From: Longimicrobiales bacterium
GTDB taxonomy: Bacteria > Gemmatimonadota > Gemmatimonadetes > Longimicrobiales > Gaopeijiaceae
Assembly (NCBI GenBank): GCA_965218295.1
Contig: CBDCKN010000015.1
Location: forward strand, 96,001 to 160,000
Direction of reading: 5' to 3'
DNA length: 64,000 bases
Of this stretch, positions 1 through 10,069 are shown piece after piece (the first letter of the stretch is position 1; each line of letters opens with the position of its first letter). The position numbers and the translations under genes were made by a program. The notes beneath the pieces are model-generated. The model did not search any database, had not been told where the DNA came from, and was given only the letters and a program-made list of their open reading frames with translations.

Positions 1-82
1 TGATCCATAAGACGGAGGACAGCCGGCCCACCTCCCGCTGAATGGCCAGCGCCGCCCGTGTTCTGAAGGAAAGCTTCGTCAC
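1..82 (-). CDS. Possible 5' end of the next gene of the FAS operon (partial, runs off the window)
   Basis: GTG at 82, just after the acp stop, opens VTKLSFRTRAALAIQREVGRLSSVLWI to the window edge; no motif recognisable. Confidence 0.35.
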   Translation of the reverse strand, partial: MTKLSFRTRAALAIQREVGRLSSVLWI

Positions 83-91
83 GACTCGAAC

Positions 92-340
92 CTACGAGAT
101 CTTTTGCTGGATGAGCCCCACCGCGTCGCCGACCGTGTTCACGGCGTCGGCGTCTTCATCTTCCACCTCGATGTCGAACTCATCTTCGAAGTTCAGGATG
201 ATGTCCACCAACCGTGCGGAATTCACCTTGAGATCCTCGAGGATGTTCGTGTCCTCGTTCACCGCGTCCAGTGCCTCTTGGTTCTTCACGTACGGCTTCA
301 CGATCTCTATCACCTTCGCGAAGATCTCTTCTCTGGTCAT
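92..340 (-). CDS. acpP: Acyl carrier protein
   Basis: 82 aa acidic protein, LKVNSARLVDIILNFEDEFDIEV (phosphopantetheine Ser in an NS rather than DS motif); in the fab operon. Confidence 0.92.
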   Translation of the reverse strand: MTREEIFAKVIEIVKPYVKNQEALDAVNEDTNILEDLKVNSARLVDIILNFEDEFDIEVEDEDADAVNTVGDAVGLIQQKIS

Positions 341-366
341 TAAGGGCGTCCCGTTTCGATCCAGTA

Positions 367-1644
367 CTAGTCGACCCACCTGCGGAAGATCGCACAAGAA
401 TTTACATCGCCAAAGCCGAAGCCCGCCTTGATAATCGTATTCAGCTCCGGCATTTCGCGCACCACATGCGGGATCGAGGCTGCATACGACTCGATCTCCG
501 GATGCACATCTTCACAGTTTATGGAGGGATGAACAAACCCTCTCTCGAGCATCAAGATACATGCGACCGCCTCCAAGGCCCCTGCGGCACCCAGCGCGTG
601 TCCGATCATCGACTTGGTCGACGAGATCACCGGGAACGTCTCCGGCGTCCGTTCGAGGGCCTTCGCCCAAGAGGCCACCTCTCGCGGATCGGCGCCGGTC
701 GCTGTCAGATGACCGTTGATGACGTCCACCTCGTCCGGCTCGATGGACGCGTCCGCCACGGCTTGCCGGATGCAGCGCTGCACTCCCTCCGGGTTGGGCG
801 CCGTCATGCTACCTCCACCGCTATGCCCTCCGCAATTGATGCTGCCACCCAGAACTTCGGCATGGATCTGCGCACCTCTCGCCTCGGCGCTCTCCAGGCT
901 TTCCAGGTGGAGGAGTCCTGCGCCGCTGCCGGGAACGAACCCGCCCGCAGATGCACTGAGCGGGCGTGAGGCCCTCTCGGGCTCGTCGTTGTGCCTCCGG
1001 CAGAGGACACGCATGGAGTCGAAGCCGGCCCATGCATAGGGACTCGACCCCTCGGTGCCTCCGCACAGCATTCGCTCGGCGCGGCCCGCAGCGATCCGAT
1101 AGTACCCTTCGATGATCGCCTCCAACCCGGTGCTGCACGCGCTGGAGTTGGCTGTCACCTGGTTACCCAGGGACAGAAGTCCGGCCACCCGCGCGGAGAC
1201 CCCGCTGCCCATGACCTGCTCCACGATAGTGCTGCCGAGCTTGCGCACCCGACCCGCATCCACGTATGGCACGAGCTTCTCGCCTGTGGTATCCAGCCCG
1301 CCGATCCCCGTTCCGAGAACCGCCCCGGCCTCCCAATAGACCCGATCGTCGCCCGGCTCAGGTCGCTCGAACCCGGCGTCGGTCCACGCGTCGACGGCGG
1401 CGATGCAACCGTACCGGTGGCTGCTGTTCATGGCCAGGAGCTCGTCCTCCGCGAAGTATTCGGCGGCGATCTCGTCGACGCCCTGTGGGATCCCGCCCAC
1501 GGTGCATCCGAACTTGAGCTCCTCCAGCTGCGGGTAGTGCCGGATCCCGGAAATGCCGTCGCGGATGGCCCGAGCGTACTCCTCGAGGCCGTTCCCGTTG
1601 GGAGCCACCACGCCCATGCCCGTGACGACCACTCGGTGGCTCAT
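367..1644 (-). CDS. fabF: Beta-ketoacyl-ACP synthase II (FabF/FabB family)
   Basis: MSHRVVVTGMG start, SSACSTG (Cys), INGHLTAT and KSMIGHALGAAG (His), GFGFG; ATGA overlap with the upstream gene. Confidence 0.92.
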   Translation of the reverse strand: MSHRVVVTGMGVVAPNGNGLEEYARAIRDGISGIRHYPQLEELKFGCTVGGIPQGVDEIAAEYFAEDELLAMNSSHRYGCIAAVDAWTDAGFERPEPGDDRVYWEAGAVLGTGIGGLDTTGEKLVPYVDAGRVRKLGSTIVEQVMGSGVSARVAGLLSLGNQVTANSSACSTGLEAIIEGYYRIAAGRAERMLCGGTEGSSPYAWAGFDSMRVLCRRHNDEPERASRPLSASAGGFVPGSGAGLLHLESLESAEARGAQIHAEVLGGSINCGGHSGGGSMTAPNPEGVQRCIRQAVADASIEPDEVDVINGHLTATGADPREVASWAKALERTPETFPVISSTKSMIGHALGAAGALEAVACILMLERGFVHPSINCEDVHPEIESYAASIPHVVREMPELNTIIKAGFGFGDVNSCAIFRRWVD

Positions 1645-2117
1645 CGCTCCACCCCCACGCCCGAGATCGTCCCGGACAAGACGACGGTCCCGTCGTCCAG
1701 GGTCATGGTCGCCTCGGAGCGGAACTTGTTTCGCCGGAAAAACACCCTCCTTGCCGACGTCGTCACCCGGTCCCCTGGCTTCACGACACCGGTGAAATCG
1801 ACGTTGGCGTCGCTGAAGAGAGCCACTCGCTTCATTACGCCTTCGATCCCGTGCTCCAGGGCGATGATGTAGATGCCGAGCGCGACGACGCCGATCTGGG
1901 CAAAGGATTCCAGGAGGAGAACCCCCGGAGTCACCGGATCTCCCGGAAAGTGCCCCCGATAGAAGTCTGCGTCGGGCCGAAACCGATATTGGGCAACGAT
2001 GTGGTCCTCGGACACCTCGAGGATCTCGTCCACGAACCTGAACGGCTCCTGCTGGGGGAGCAGCTCCAACACCTGGGCCGGCGTGAGCTTGGTTCCCACG
2101 GGCTCCGCCGTATTCAC
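1641..2117 (-). CDS. fabZ: 3-hydroxyacyl-ACP dehydratase, FabZ family
   Basis: LPQQEPFRFVD and GHFPGDPVTPGVLLLESFAQ hot-dog fold motifs. Confidence 0.88.
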   Translation of the reverse strand: MNTAEPVGTKLTPAQVLELLPQQEPFRFVDEILEVSEDHIVAQYRFRPDADFYRGHFPGDPVTPGVLLLESFAQIGVVALGIYIIALEHGIEGVMKRVALFSDANVDFTGVVKPGDRVTTSARRVFFRRNKFRSEATMTLDDGTVVLSGTISGVGVER

Positions 2118-2704
2118 TCGGCCATCTTCCCACCACGGGACCGCTGTGAGGGCCAGGGGTAGTCGGCATAGTCGATGTCGCGAAAGACGCCCACCTTGGC
2201 GCGCTTGATCTCGTAGATGGCTTCACCGTCCACCAGCACCGTCGCGTCTCCGATGGCCACGGCGGACCCGGACTGCGGCAGATCCTGATATCGAACGATG
2301 TCGATCTCGTATCGGACGACCTTGTCGTGGGGTCTGATCTGCCCGGAGAACTCCACCCCGGCGCAGCCCAGCGCCCGCCCAGTGCCCAGGGCGCCGTTCC
2401 AGGCGCAGTAGAAGCCGATGAGCTGCCAGACGCCGTCCACACCAAGGCATCCCGGCTGGACCGGATCGCCGAGGAAGTGACACTGGAAGAACCAGTCGTC
2501 GAGGCGGACATCCCGCTCCGCCACGATCCGACCCCGGGCACCCTTTCGCGAGATGTGCTCGATGCGATCGACCATCAGCATGGGCGGCAGGGGCAGGCGA
2601 GCCTTGAACTCCGGAGGCTCGTCCTCGAGCAAGCGCCCATACGCGAAAGCCAGAACCTCCTCTTCGGAAAGGTGCGATCGCTCCCGGAACTCGTCGTACT
2701 TCAC
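2114..2704 (-). CDS. fabA: 3-hydroxydecanoyl-ACP dehydratase/isomerase
   Basis: LPLPPMLMVDRI and WFFQCHFLGDPVQPGCLGVDGVWQL (His/Asp pair of FabA), GRALG. Confidence 0.92.
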   Translation of the reverse strand: MKYDEFRERSHLSEEEVLAFAYGRLLEDEPPEFKARLPLPPMLMVDRIEHISRKGARGRIVAERDVRLDDWFFQCHFLGDPVQPGCLGVDGVWQLIGFYCAWNGALGTGRALGCAGVEFSGQIRPHDKVVRYEIDIVRYQDLPQSGSAVAIGDATVLVDGEAIYEIKRAKVGVFRDIDYADYPWPSQRSRGGKMAE

Positions 2705-3696
2705 GGCGTCTCTCCAAAGCGCAGCACATAGCTGGACCAGGACAGGCCCGAGCCCACCCCGATGATCGCCACGTCGTCACCGTCGGTCCATCGATCCCAA
2801 TTCATGGACATCACGGACGGTGCTCCGGCGGCTCCTGTGTTGCCGTAGTCCACGACGTTGCAGTGGTGATGGTCGCCGTCGATGTTACAGTGCTCGCACA
2901 CCGTTTCGAGCATCCTGAGATTGGCCTGGTGGCCGATGAAGTGGAGGGAGCGGCCCGGGGGCGGAAACTCCTTCTGGATTCGCCGCAAGCAGCGCACGGT
3001 CTTCTTGATTGCGAACATCTGGACGGTGCGACCCTCCTGGCTGAAGTGACCCAAAAGGGGAACCATCACCTTGTCGCTGCCCGCCGGGCTCGACTCCAGC
3101 GTGTTTCCCAGGATCTGGATTCGGGACGGGACCTTCGTGGAGATCACGGCAGCCGTCGTGCAGTCTCCCCAGAGCACCGACGCCGTCCGGTCGGAGTAGT
3201 CCACCGCGGTCGTGAGGCTCTCGGGCGTCACCAGAAGGATGTATTCCGGAAGTGCTTCGGGGCGCATCATGGACAGAGCATAGAGCGCCACCCACATGCT
3301 CGTGCACGCCGAGTTCATGTCGAAGGCGGGCACCTCCAGCTCCAAAGCCTGGGCGATCATGCACGCCTCGGCGGGGGAGGACCACTCCGGCTTGCTCGAG
3401 CCCGCGATGACCATGCCGATGTCGTCCTTGGACACGCCTGCCCGCTCCAGCGCCATCTCCGCGGCCCTGCCACCGGTTTCTGCGTGGGTGTACATGGCGG
3501 CTTCCACGGCCTCCCCGGGATCCACATTGCGGGTCTCACGGATGTAGTCGAGAGAAAGCACCGTACGGCGGGCGCGGATCCCCACTCGCTCCATGATCCA
3601 CTGGTCGTTCGTCCCGATGTCGAGATCGGCAAGGAACTCGTTGGTGATCTCACTCTCGGGATGGAAATGCCCCAGCCCATGAAGGTACAGGCTCAT
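2701..3696 (-). CDS. fabH: 3-oxoacyl-ACP synthase III family protein
   Basis: AFDMNSAC, HQANLR, YGNTGAA catalytic Cys-His-Asn triad; start MSLYLHG overlaps the upstream stop. Confidence 0.88.
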   Translation of the reverse strand: MSLYLHGLGHFHPESEITNEFLADLDIGTNDQWIMERVGIRARRTVLSLDYIRETRNVDPGEAVEAAMYTHAETGGRAAEMALERAGVSKDDIGMVIAGSSKPEWSSPAEACMIAQALELEVPAFDMNSACTSMWVALYALSMMRPEALPEYILLVTPESLTTAVDYSDRTASVLWGDCTTAAVISTKVPSRIQILGNTLESSPAGSDKVMVPLLGHFSQEGRTVQMFAIKKTVRCLRRIQKEFPPPGRSLHFIGHQANLRMLETVCEHCNIDGDHHHCNVVDYGNTGAAGAPSVMSMNWDRWTDGDDVAIIGVGSGLSWSSYVLRFGETP

Positions 3697-4649
3697 CGCG
3701 AAGCCCCCGAAATACGCTCTCCTCCGTCCACTCGGATGACTTCGCCATTGATCCAAGCGGCCTCGGGCAGAGACAGGAGATAGATGACGTTGGCGACGTC
3801 CTCCGGAGAGGTCAGACGCCCGAAGGGATTCCTGGTCCGCGCTTGGGCTTTCAGATGCGCGCTTCCGGGAATCATGCGTAGGGCAGGTGTGTCCGTAACC
3901 CCGGCCTGGACGATGTTCGACCGAATTCCGAAGGGAGCCATTTCCACTGCGATGGAGCGCGAGACCGACTGCAGCGCCACCTTCGCCGCGGCCACCGCCG
4001 CATAGCCCTTCCATGCCACCTCATTGCCCTCGCTGGTGAGACCCAGGATGCGGGCGTCGGGCGCAAACATGCCCCGGCCTAGAAGCTCCTGGGTCCAACC
4101 CAAGAGGCTGGTGCCCATGGCATGGATGGTGCGCGTCAGGTCCTCCTCCTCCAGGAAGGAGTCGCCGGAGTACTCCGGTGGCGTCGTGAGACCCTGAACA
4201 CCGTCGATACCCTCCTCGAACAGGCGGTCGGCAGCCTCCTCCAACGCCGATTCATCGACGCCGAGGGCTTCCGCCAACCGCTGCCGGGCCACATGAGAAG
4301 CGGCCGCTTCGGGACCGATCAACTTGAGATTGCCGAAGGCGATGGAGTGGAGGACGACACGGACCCGGCCCTCGGCCCCTAGTGTCTCGGCCAAGGCTTC
4401 GAGGATCTCCGCTCGCACGTCCGAGTCCAGGGCATCCTTGTTGAACGTCAGGAGCGAGACGCCCCGCTTGCGGATCTGGTCGAACTCCGACTCGATGCGA
4501 CGCATCGCCCCGCGGCGGTCGCGGTGGACGATGCACAAGTTGAGCCCGTGTTCGGCCAGCTTATGTGCGGTGGCGAGCCCGAAGCCGCTCGAGCCACCCA
4601 GAATCAGCGCCCACTCATCGCCGCCGTAGGGTGCGGGTGACGTACTCAC
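3693..4649 (-). CDS. Enoyl-ACP reductase-like SDR (FabI/FabL type)
   Basis: GGSSGFG Rossmann motif, YAAVAAAK (Yx6K), NPFGRL, C-terminal RVDGG; first gene of the fab operon; GTG start inferred. Confidence 0.8.
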   Translation of the reverse strand: MSTSPAPYGGDEWALILGGSSGFGLATAHKLAEHGLNLCIVHRDRRGAMRRIESEFDQIRKRGVSLLTFNKDALDSDVRAEILEALAETLGAEGRVRVVLHSIAFGNLKLIGPEAAASHVARQRLAEALGVDESALEEAADRLFEEGIDGVQGLTTPPEYSGDSFLEEEDLTRTIHAMGTSLLGWTQELLGRGMFAPDARILGLTSEGNEVAWKGYAAVAAAKVALQSVSRSIAVEMAPFGIRSNIVQAGVTDTPALRMIPGSAHLKAQARTRNPFGRLTSPEDVANVIYLLSLPEAAWINGEVIRVDGGERISGASR

Positions 4650-4888
4650 GCGGTTCTGTTCTCGGTGAACATCAGGGAGAGGTCTTGGGCAATATGGCAA
4701 TGAGGCACCCCAACGTCGGGATCACCCCGGAATCAGCGGCATGCATAGGGATACAAGGATACCAAAGGGGAGCGATTCTGACTAGGAAGCGGGTGGTGAC
4801 ATTCGCCGATTCCTTGCTACCCGGCATCCCACGGCCTATCTGTAGGTGAGCCTTCCCGACCACTTCGACCCCACGCCCGACGAGTGGA

Positions 4889-5846
4889 GTGATGCAGCAA
4901 CCCCGGCTTGCCACCGAGTCCATTGCGGGCCAGCGGCCGTATCAGGAGGACTCCGTCCTGTCACACACCCTGTCGGACGGCCGAATCCTCTTGGCTGTCG
5001 CCGACGGAATGGGCGGACACGCGGCTGGTGAGGTCGCCAGCGCCCTCGCGCTGGAGACACTCGTGGAGGCCGTCGAGGGAGGCCAATCACTGGACGAGGC
5101 ATTCCGTCTTGCCAACGATCGCGTCCACTCCAAGGCGGAGGAGCCCGGAAAGCAGGGCATGGGAACGACGCTGGTCGCCATGTTTCTGGACGGGGACGGC
5201 TACGCGGTCGCCAACGTAGGAGACAGCCGGTGTTTACGTAATCTCGGAGTCAGGCACACGCCAGATCACCGAGGATCACTCCTTCGTGGCCGAGGCCCAG
5301 AAGCGGGGGCAGACTGAGGAGGAAGCCCTGGCATCACAGTGGAAGGACGCCCTCACTCGCTCCATCGGCACTGACCTCGAGGTCGAGGTCGACGTCTTCG
5401 GACCCTTCCCGGTAGAGGGTGACTCGGCCGTCCTCCTCTGCTCCGATGGCCTGTACAAGACCCTGAGCGATTCCGACCTCGGTGACCTGTTCGCTCAGTC
5501 GGGCGGCCCCCGTGGCGCTGCCCAGTCAATGGTGTCAGCCGCCTACGAGCGTGGAAGCGATGACAACATCTCGGTGGCCATCGCCGAGTTCGATGAGGTT
5601 CCGAGGATGCGCCCCGCAGGCACCATGCCGCTGGAGTTCGAGCCACCGGACGAGGTGGTGGAGCCGGAGCCGGCTCAGGCGGAAAGCGAAGTCGAGACCT
5701 CGGCGCCACCGGACGAGCCGGGTCCAGCGCCCGTGACCACGGCGACGGGCACACCGCCGCAGACAGGGCCGCCGGTAGGCATGATCGTCGGCATCGGCGT
5801 CTTTATCGTGGTGATGGTAATTGCATTCCTGGTCCTGGGGAGATAG
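4889..5846 (+). pseudogene. PP2C-family Ser/Thr phosphatase with C-terminal TM helix, +1 frameshift near 5233
   Basis: VADGMGGH and ANVGDSRC in ORF 4889; LLCSDGL and DDNISV in ORF 5286; removing one T from tgtttac joins them (CYVISESGTRQITEDHSFVAE). Confidence 0.85.
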
Positions 5847-5969
5847 GGACTAGAGGCCTGTTGAAGAAGTGGGGCGAGCTGCGTTAGGAGCGCCGACAAG
5901 CGCTAGCCCGCTTTTGCCGGCCAGATCCTGGGCGGTGCCCCGGGCAGGGAGGGAGAGCTCGCAGGTCCG

Positions 5970-6665
5970 TCAGGCGATGTCCGCCACGAAGGTGAGCTTC
6001 AGTCTCCCCACCTCCACCACGTCTCCGTCCTTCAGGTCGGCCGGATTCCTGACGGCTCCGTTGATCTTCATCTTGGTCCAGTTGTGGAGGTTCTTGACCT
6101 CGCACCCATCTTCCCTGCTCATGATCAGGACATGGTGTTTGGGCCCCTTCGGTACCATCACGTCGCAGAGAGTGCCCGTTCCGATGAGGGCCGCGGGCAT
6201 CTCCGACAGATAGTGCGTGCCCCGCTGACCACCCGACTCCCAGACGATGTGAGCGCGACGCTTCCGCTCCGAGTCCTTCAAGAGCTCCTTCAACTCGTGC
6301 GACTTGATGTGCATCGTGCCCTCGAAGCCGGTCATGGCCGGCTGGGACTGGCTCGTGAAAGCGGTCTCTTCCCCTACCACCTTGTCGAAGACGATGGAGA
6401 ACTTGCCGAAGCCGATCTCGTCACCGGCCACAATGGCCTGGGGGCCTTCGATCTTCTGGCCGTGAAGGAAGGTCCCGTTGGAAGAGCCGAGATCCTCGAC
6501 GACCCAACCTTCACCCTCCCGGCGGACCTCCGCCTGCCTCCGCGACACCGACGGGTTGTCGATGAGGATGTCCATATCCTCTTCGCGCCCGACGCGGATA
6601 GCCGCCTGATCCAGGTTGTAGACCTGCATGGTCTTCCGGCCCAGGAGCAGCGTGATCTTCGGCAT
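5970..6665 (-). CDS. FHA domain protein (N-terminal FHA plus degenerate C-terminal FHA-like domain)
   Basis: VGR...VSRRQA...EDLGSSNGTF; C-terminal LKDGDVVEVG. Confidence 0.88.
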   Translation of the reverse strand: MPKITLLLGRKTMQVYNLDQAAIRVGREEDMDILIDNPSVSRRQAEVRREGEGWVVEDLGSSNGTFLHGQKIEGPQAIVAGDEIGFGKFSIVFDKVVGEETAFTSQSQPAMTGFEGTMHIKSHELKELLKDSERKRRAHIVWESGGQRGTHYLSEMPAALIGTGTLCDVMVPKGPKHHVLIMSREDGCEVKNLHNWTKMKINGAVRNPADLKDGDVVEVGRLKLTFVADIA

Positions 6666-6790
6666 CCTTCGTCTCCTCCCTTCGTTCGGTTCCGAGGTAG
6701 GGCCGCTGGGGGACGACACTCGGGGCGCATACGAGCCGGCGAGTGACCGATAATGCCGTATCGTATGCGCCGCTGTCCAGCGACGCCTGT

Positions 6791-8668
6791 TCAGCTCCCC
6801 CCGTCCGCCGCCATGCAGCCGGGATGATCGGGCACGAGCGAGAGGCACTCGCGCACCAGTTGGTCCGCCACTTCGGGAGAGCCGTCCTGCCGGGCCGCTT
6901 CTGCGTCCCAGGCCAAGCGCTCCGCGACCTTTAGGAGCAGCGACCTGGCCTCGGCGCTCTCGGGCTCGAGGGTGGCTGCCCTCTGGGCATATGAGCGCAC
7001 GTCGTCTCCGTCCCGCCCGAAGTAGCGTGTCTCGGACTGCGCCGACGCAGCCATCCCGATCAAACGCGCCACCTCCCATGACGTATCCACGTCGAGGCCA
7101 GCCGAGCGGAGCCCCGCTACGGCCCCCGGCAGATCCTCTTCGCTGACCCGAACCTGAAACGGTACACCGACCGGCCCCATCGGAAGCCGTCCTTCAATGC
7201 CGTCGGCGCTGACTCGCACGCCTGTCACACCCGCCTCGGCGGCACGGGCCTGGAGGTCGGCCAACTCCAGGGCCCGTCCCCAGGGTTGGAGGACGGCCGC
7301 CCCTGCCGCCAGCAGAAGGACCACAGCGGCGGCCGCAACGAGTCCCGGACGTCCCAGTACGCTCGCACCGACGCCTCGGCTCCTAGGTGTGGTAACCAGC
7401 GTGAGGTCCTCCATGGCCCCAGCCGCCAGGGTCACCGTGGTCTCCACCGGCTCGTACTGAGCGTCCTTCAGCGAAACCTTGTACGTACCGGGTCCGAGGC
7501 CGTTGGCCACGCACGGAGTGGGCCCCTCGGCTACCGTACGGCGCCCCATGCGGACCTGGACCTCCACACCCGGCTCATCCGTCAGGACCCGCAGGGAGCC
7601 CGCGTCCGCCGCCTCTCCCCCGGCCGCCACCCGCTGGAGGGCATCCCGGAGCTCACGGGCCGACGAAAAGCGCTCGTCAGGGTCTCGGCGCAGGAGGCGC
7701 AGGACCACGTTCTCCATGGCCGGCGAAACCTCCACCCCGGCCTCGGAGAAGGGCTTCACGTCGCCACGCTCCGTGGCGACCATGAGCTCGTAGATCTGAT
7801 GCGTCGCCTCACCGGCCGGATTGCCGAGCCAGGGGTCCCGGCCGGTGAGCAAGGCGTAGAGGATCACCCCGAAGGCGAAGAGGTCGGTCCTCCCGTCCAC
7901 CTCCTCGGCACGCAGCTGCTCCGGGGCCGCGTACCCCGGGGTGCCCAACGTCCCCACGGTCGTCAGGCGACTGTCCGTTTCCCGCTCCGCGATCTTCGCG
8001 ATCCCGAAGTCGAGCACCTTCACGATCTCCTCACCCGCACGGTCCGTGGTGAGCATTACGTTCTCGAGCTTCATGTCGCGGTGCACGACTGGTTCAGGGC
8101 CTTCGTGAGCGGCGATGAGAGCGTCGCAGACCTGGAGGCCCAGTCGGATGGTCCGCTCGGCACTGAAGGGGCCTTGCTCGAGGACCGCATCCGCGAGGCT
8201 CTTGCCCTCGACGTACTCCATGAGGAAATAGATGAGCCCCGCCTCGAGGTCCTCCTCGTAGGTGGCGAGTCCCACGATGTGGGCCGACTCCGTGCCCAGG
8301 CGTTTCATGATCTGCGCCTCCCTGAGGAAGCGTTTTCTCATGGTCTCCGCCTCGGCCCCCACCAACCGGTCGACGCCGAGGATCTTGAGCGCCTCGATCC
8401 AGCCGCCCTTCACGTCCTCGACTTTGTAGACGGTCCCGAAGCTGCCGGCTCCGAGGCGCTTCAGAACGCGCCACTTGTCCCTGAGGAGCGTGCCTACGAG
8501 CGGATCTTCCTCCGGGTCGTCCCCGGCCCCTCCGGCGCCGCCGCTCTCACCGCCGGGCGGCGTGCCGCTCTCCGCTGGAGATCCCCCCTCGAAGTCCGGA
8601 AGGTCCTCTGGGTTCCAGGCGACGGTGGGCTGCGGTCGCTTCTTGTCTGGCTCGTCGGGGTTGGACAC
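6791..8668 (-). CDS. Hanks-type Ser/Thr protein kinase with PEGA-like domain and TM helix
   Basis: LGAGSFG, ALK, HRDMKLEN, DFG, GTPGYAAPE; hydrophobic segment GLVAAAAVVLLLAAG. Confidence 0.92.
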   Translation of the reverse strand: MSNPDEPDKKRPQPTVAWNPEDLPDFEGGSPAESGTPPGGESGGAGGAGDDPEEDPLVGTLLRDKWRVLKRLGAGSFGTVYKVEDVKGGWIEALKILGVDRLVGAEAETMRKRFLREAQIMKRLGTESAHIVGLATYEEDLEAGLIYFLMEYVEGKSLADAVLEQGPFSAERTIRLGLQVCDALIAAHEGPEPVVHRDMKLENVMLTTDRAGEEIVKVLDFGIAKIAERETDSRLTTVGTLGTPGYAAPEQLRAEEVDGRTDLFAFGVILYALLTGRDPWLGNPAGEATHQIYELMVATERGDVKPFSEAGVEVSPAMENVVLRLLRRDPDERFSSARELRDALQRVAAGGEAADAGSLRVLTDEPGVEVQVRMGRRTVAEGPTPCVANGLGPGTYKVSLKDAQYEPVETTVTLAAGAMEDLTLVTTPRSRGVGASVLGRPGLVAAAAVVLLLAAGAAVLQPWGRALELADLQARAAEAGVTGVRVSADGIEGRLPMGPVGVPFQVRVSEEDLPGAVAGLRSAGLDVDTSWEVARLIGMAASAQSETRYFGRDGDDVRSYAQRAATLEPESAEARSLLLKVAERLAWDAEAARQDGSPEVADQLVRECLSLVPDHPGCMAADGGS

Positions 8669-8781
8669 GGACCGAGTACCTCGTGGCCGAAAGCGGTGGC
8701 ACGAACTTACCGGGCGGCGCGAAGTCGGGTCAACAAGAATCGGGACTTGCCACCCCAGGGTCTCGGTCTTCCTTTACATCC

Positions 8782-9879
8782 ATGCGACACCGTGAAGTCC
8801 CGATCCTGCTCTCCTTGGCTCTTCTGGGAGGGTGCTCCGGTGAGGCGGACCCGTCCACCGACGCACAAGCGACAGATCCCCAGCCGAGCGAAGTCGTCCT
8901 CCAGGCGGTGGACGCCCGAACGGGGGCGGCGCTCACTGACGGTCAACTGACCGTGAGGTATCTGGTGCGGACGCCCATCACTCTGGATGCCTCCGCGGTG
9001 GACCAGGTGTCGGCCTCTGAGCCTTACCGCATCGCCCATGCCGTCGCGGAAGACAGCCTCGTGGTGGAGCTCCGTCTGGAGGCCCGGTCCTATCACCGCC
9101 TGGACACTGTCCTCACGGTGGCACGCGGGGCATCGGCCGGACCCTTCACAGTGCGGATGACACGGCGCTTGGACCGGGTAGCCGGCACCGGCGGGGCCAG
9201 GCCAGCAGCCGGCGGAGTCCGGGCCGACACGCCTCCTCCCGCGGCCGCTCAACCGTCCCAGCCCATCGACCCCGACGCCGGGATCGACCGAACGGCGCTG
9301 CGGGCGGGGAACGAGGCGTTCCGGGCCGGAGATTGGGTGGCGGCCACGAGGGGCTACCTGAACATGGTGGAACCCCCGCGGCGGACCGGCACCTACGCCC
9401 GTGCGTACCAGCAGGCGCTGGTTCGACTGGGAGTCAGCCACATCAACCTGGGTGAGTGGGCCGGCGCTCTCAACGCGTTGGAGGAGGCCGTGTCCTTCGA
9501 CTCACCCGGGTTCAACGCCTACCTGACTCTAGGCCAGGCCCAGTGCGCCGTGGGGCGCACAGAGGACGGCCGCCGGTCCCTCGACCAGATCGACGGCATG
9601 GCCTCCACGCTCCCGGCCGGGGAGCGCCCAGTCGTGCTGGCCTTTGTGGCGTATCAGCGGGCGGTCTGCAGCCAGCGGGACTTCGAGCAGGCGGAGGGTG
9701 CCCTGCAACGCGTGCAGAGCGGAGCCGCCACGATCCGGGCGTATGAGGCGTTCATCGAGCAGGGTGAGGCGCTCAACCCGCAGCCCGCTCAGCTCCAGCA
9801 GGCGCTGCGCAACGCCCGTCGTCGGATCGGGGAGGTTAGGGACCGGATGCTCCGGGGCGGAGGCGAGGCCTATTCGTAG
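8782..9879 (+). CDS. TPR-containing putative lipoprotein
   Basis: Signal peptide with lipobox LLGGC; helical TPR-like repeats (ALVRLGVSHINLGEW, AYLTLGQAQCAVG). Confidence 0.7.
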   Translation: MRHREVPILLSLALLGGCSGEADPSTDAQATDPQPSEVVLQAVDARTGAALTDGQLTVRYLVRTPITLDASAVDQVSASEPYRIAHAVAEDSLVVELRLEARSYHRLDTVLTVARGASAGPFTVRMTRRLDRVAGTGGARPAAGGVRADTPPPAAAQPSQPIDPDAGIDRTALRAGNEAFRAGDWVAATRGYLNMVEPPRRTGTYARAYQQALVRLGVSHINLGEWAGALNALEEAVSFDSPGFNAYLTLGQAQCAVGRTEDGRRSLDQIDGMASTLPAGERPVVLAFVAYQRAVCSQRDFEQAEGALQRVQSGAATIRAYEAFIEQGEALNPQPAQLQQALRNARRRIGEVRDRMLRGGGEAYS

Positions 9880-10009
9880 CGCAACGCGCTAGCGGGCCTC
9901 ACCCTGCCCACCAGAGCCAATAATCGGCCGTTGCGACTGTCCTTCTCCGACCCCCCGCGGGGATCCCAAGACCCCGCGCGGATTCCGAGAACCGGTTTAC
10001 GACTCACCG

Positions 10010-10038
10010 TTGCTTACCCGTGTCCTCCGACGTACGAT
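10010..10038 (+). promoter_or_regulatory. Sigma70-like promoter of the Mo-hydroxylase operon
   Basis: TTGCTT-N17-TACGAT, 31 nt before the ATG at 10070. Confidence 0.5.
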
Positions 10039-10069
10039 TGCTCGGGTAGCCCTAGACGGAGCAGGACAC

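Noticed and set aside
367..2541. 724-aa ORF suggesting an N-terminally extended FabF
   Set aside because: The extension is an off-frame read of fabA and fabZ; the real start is MSHRVVV at 1644.
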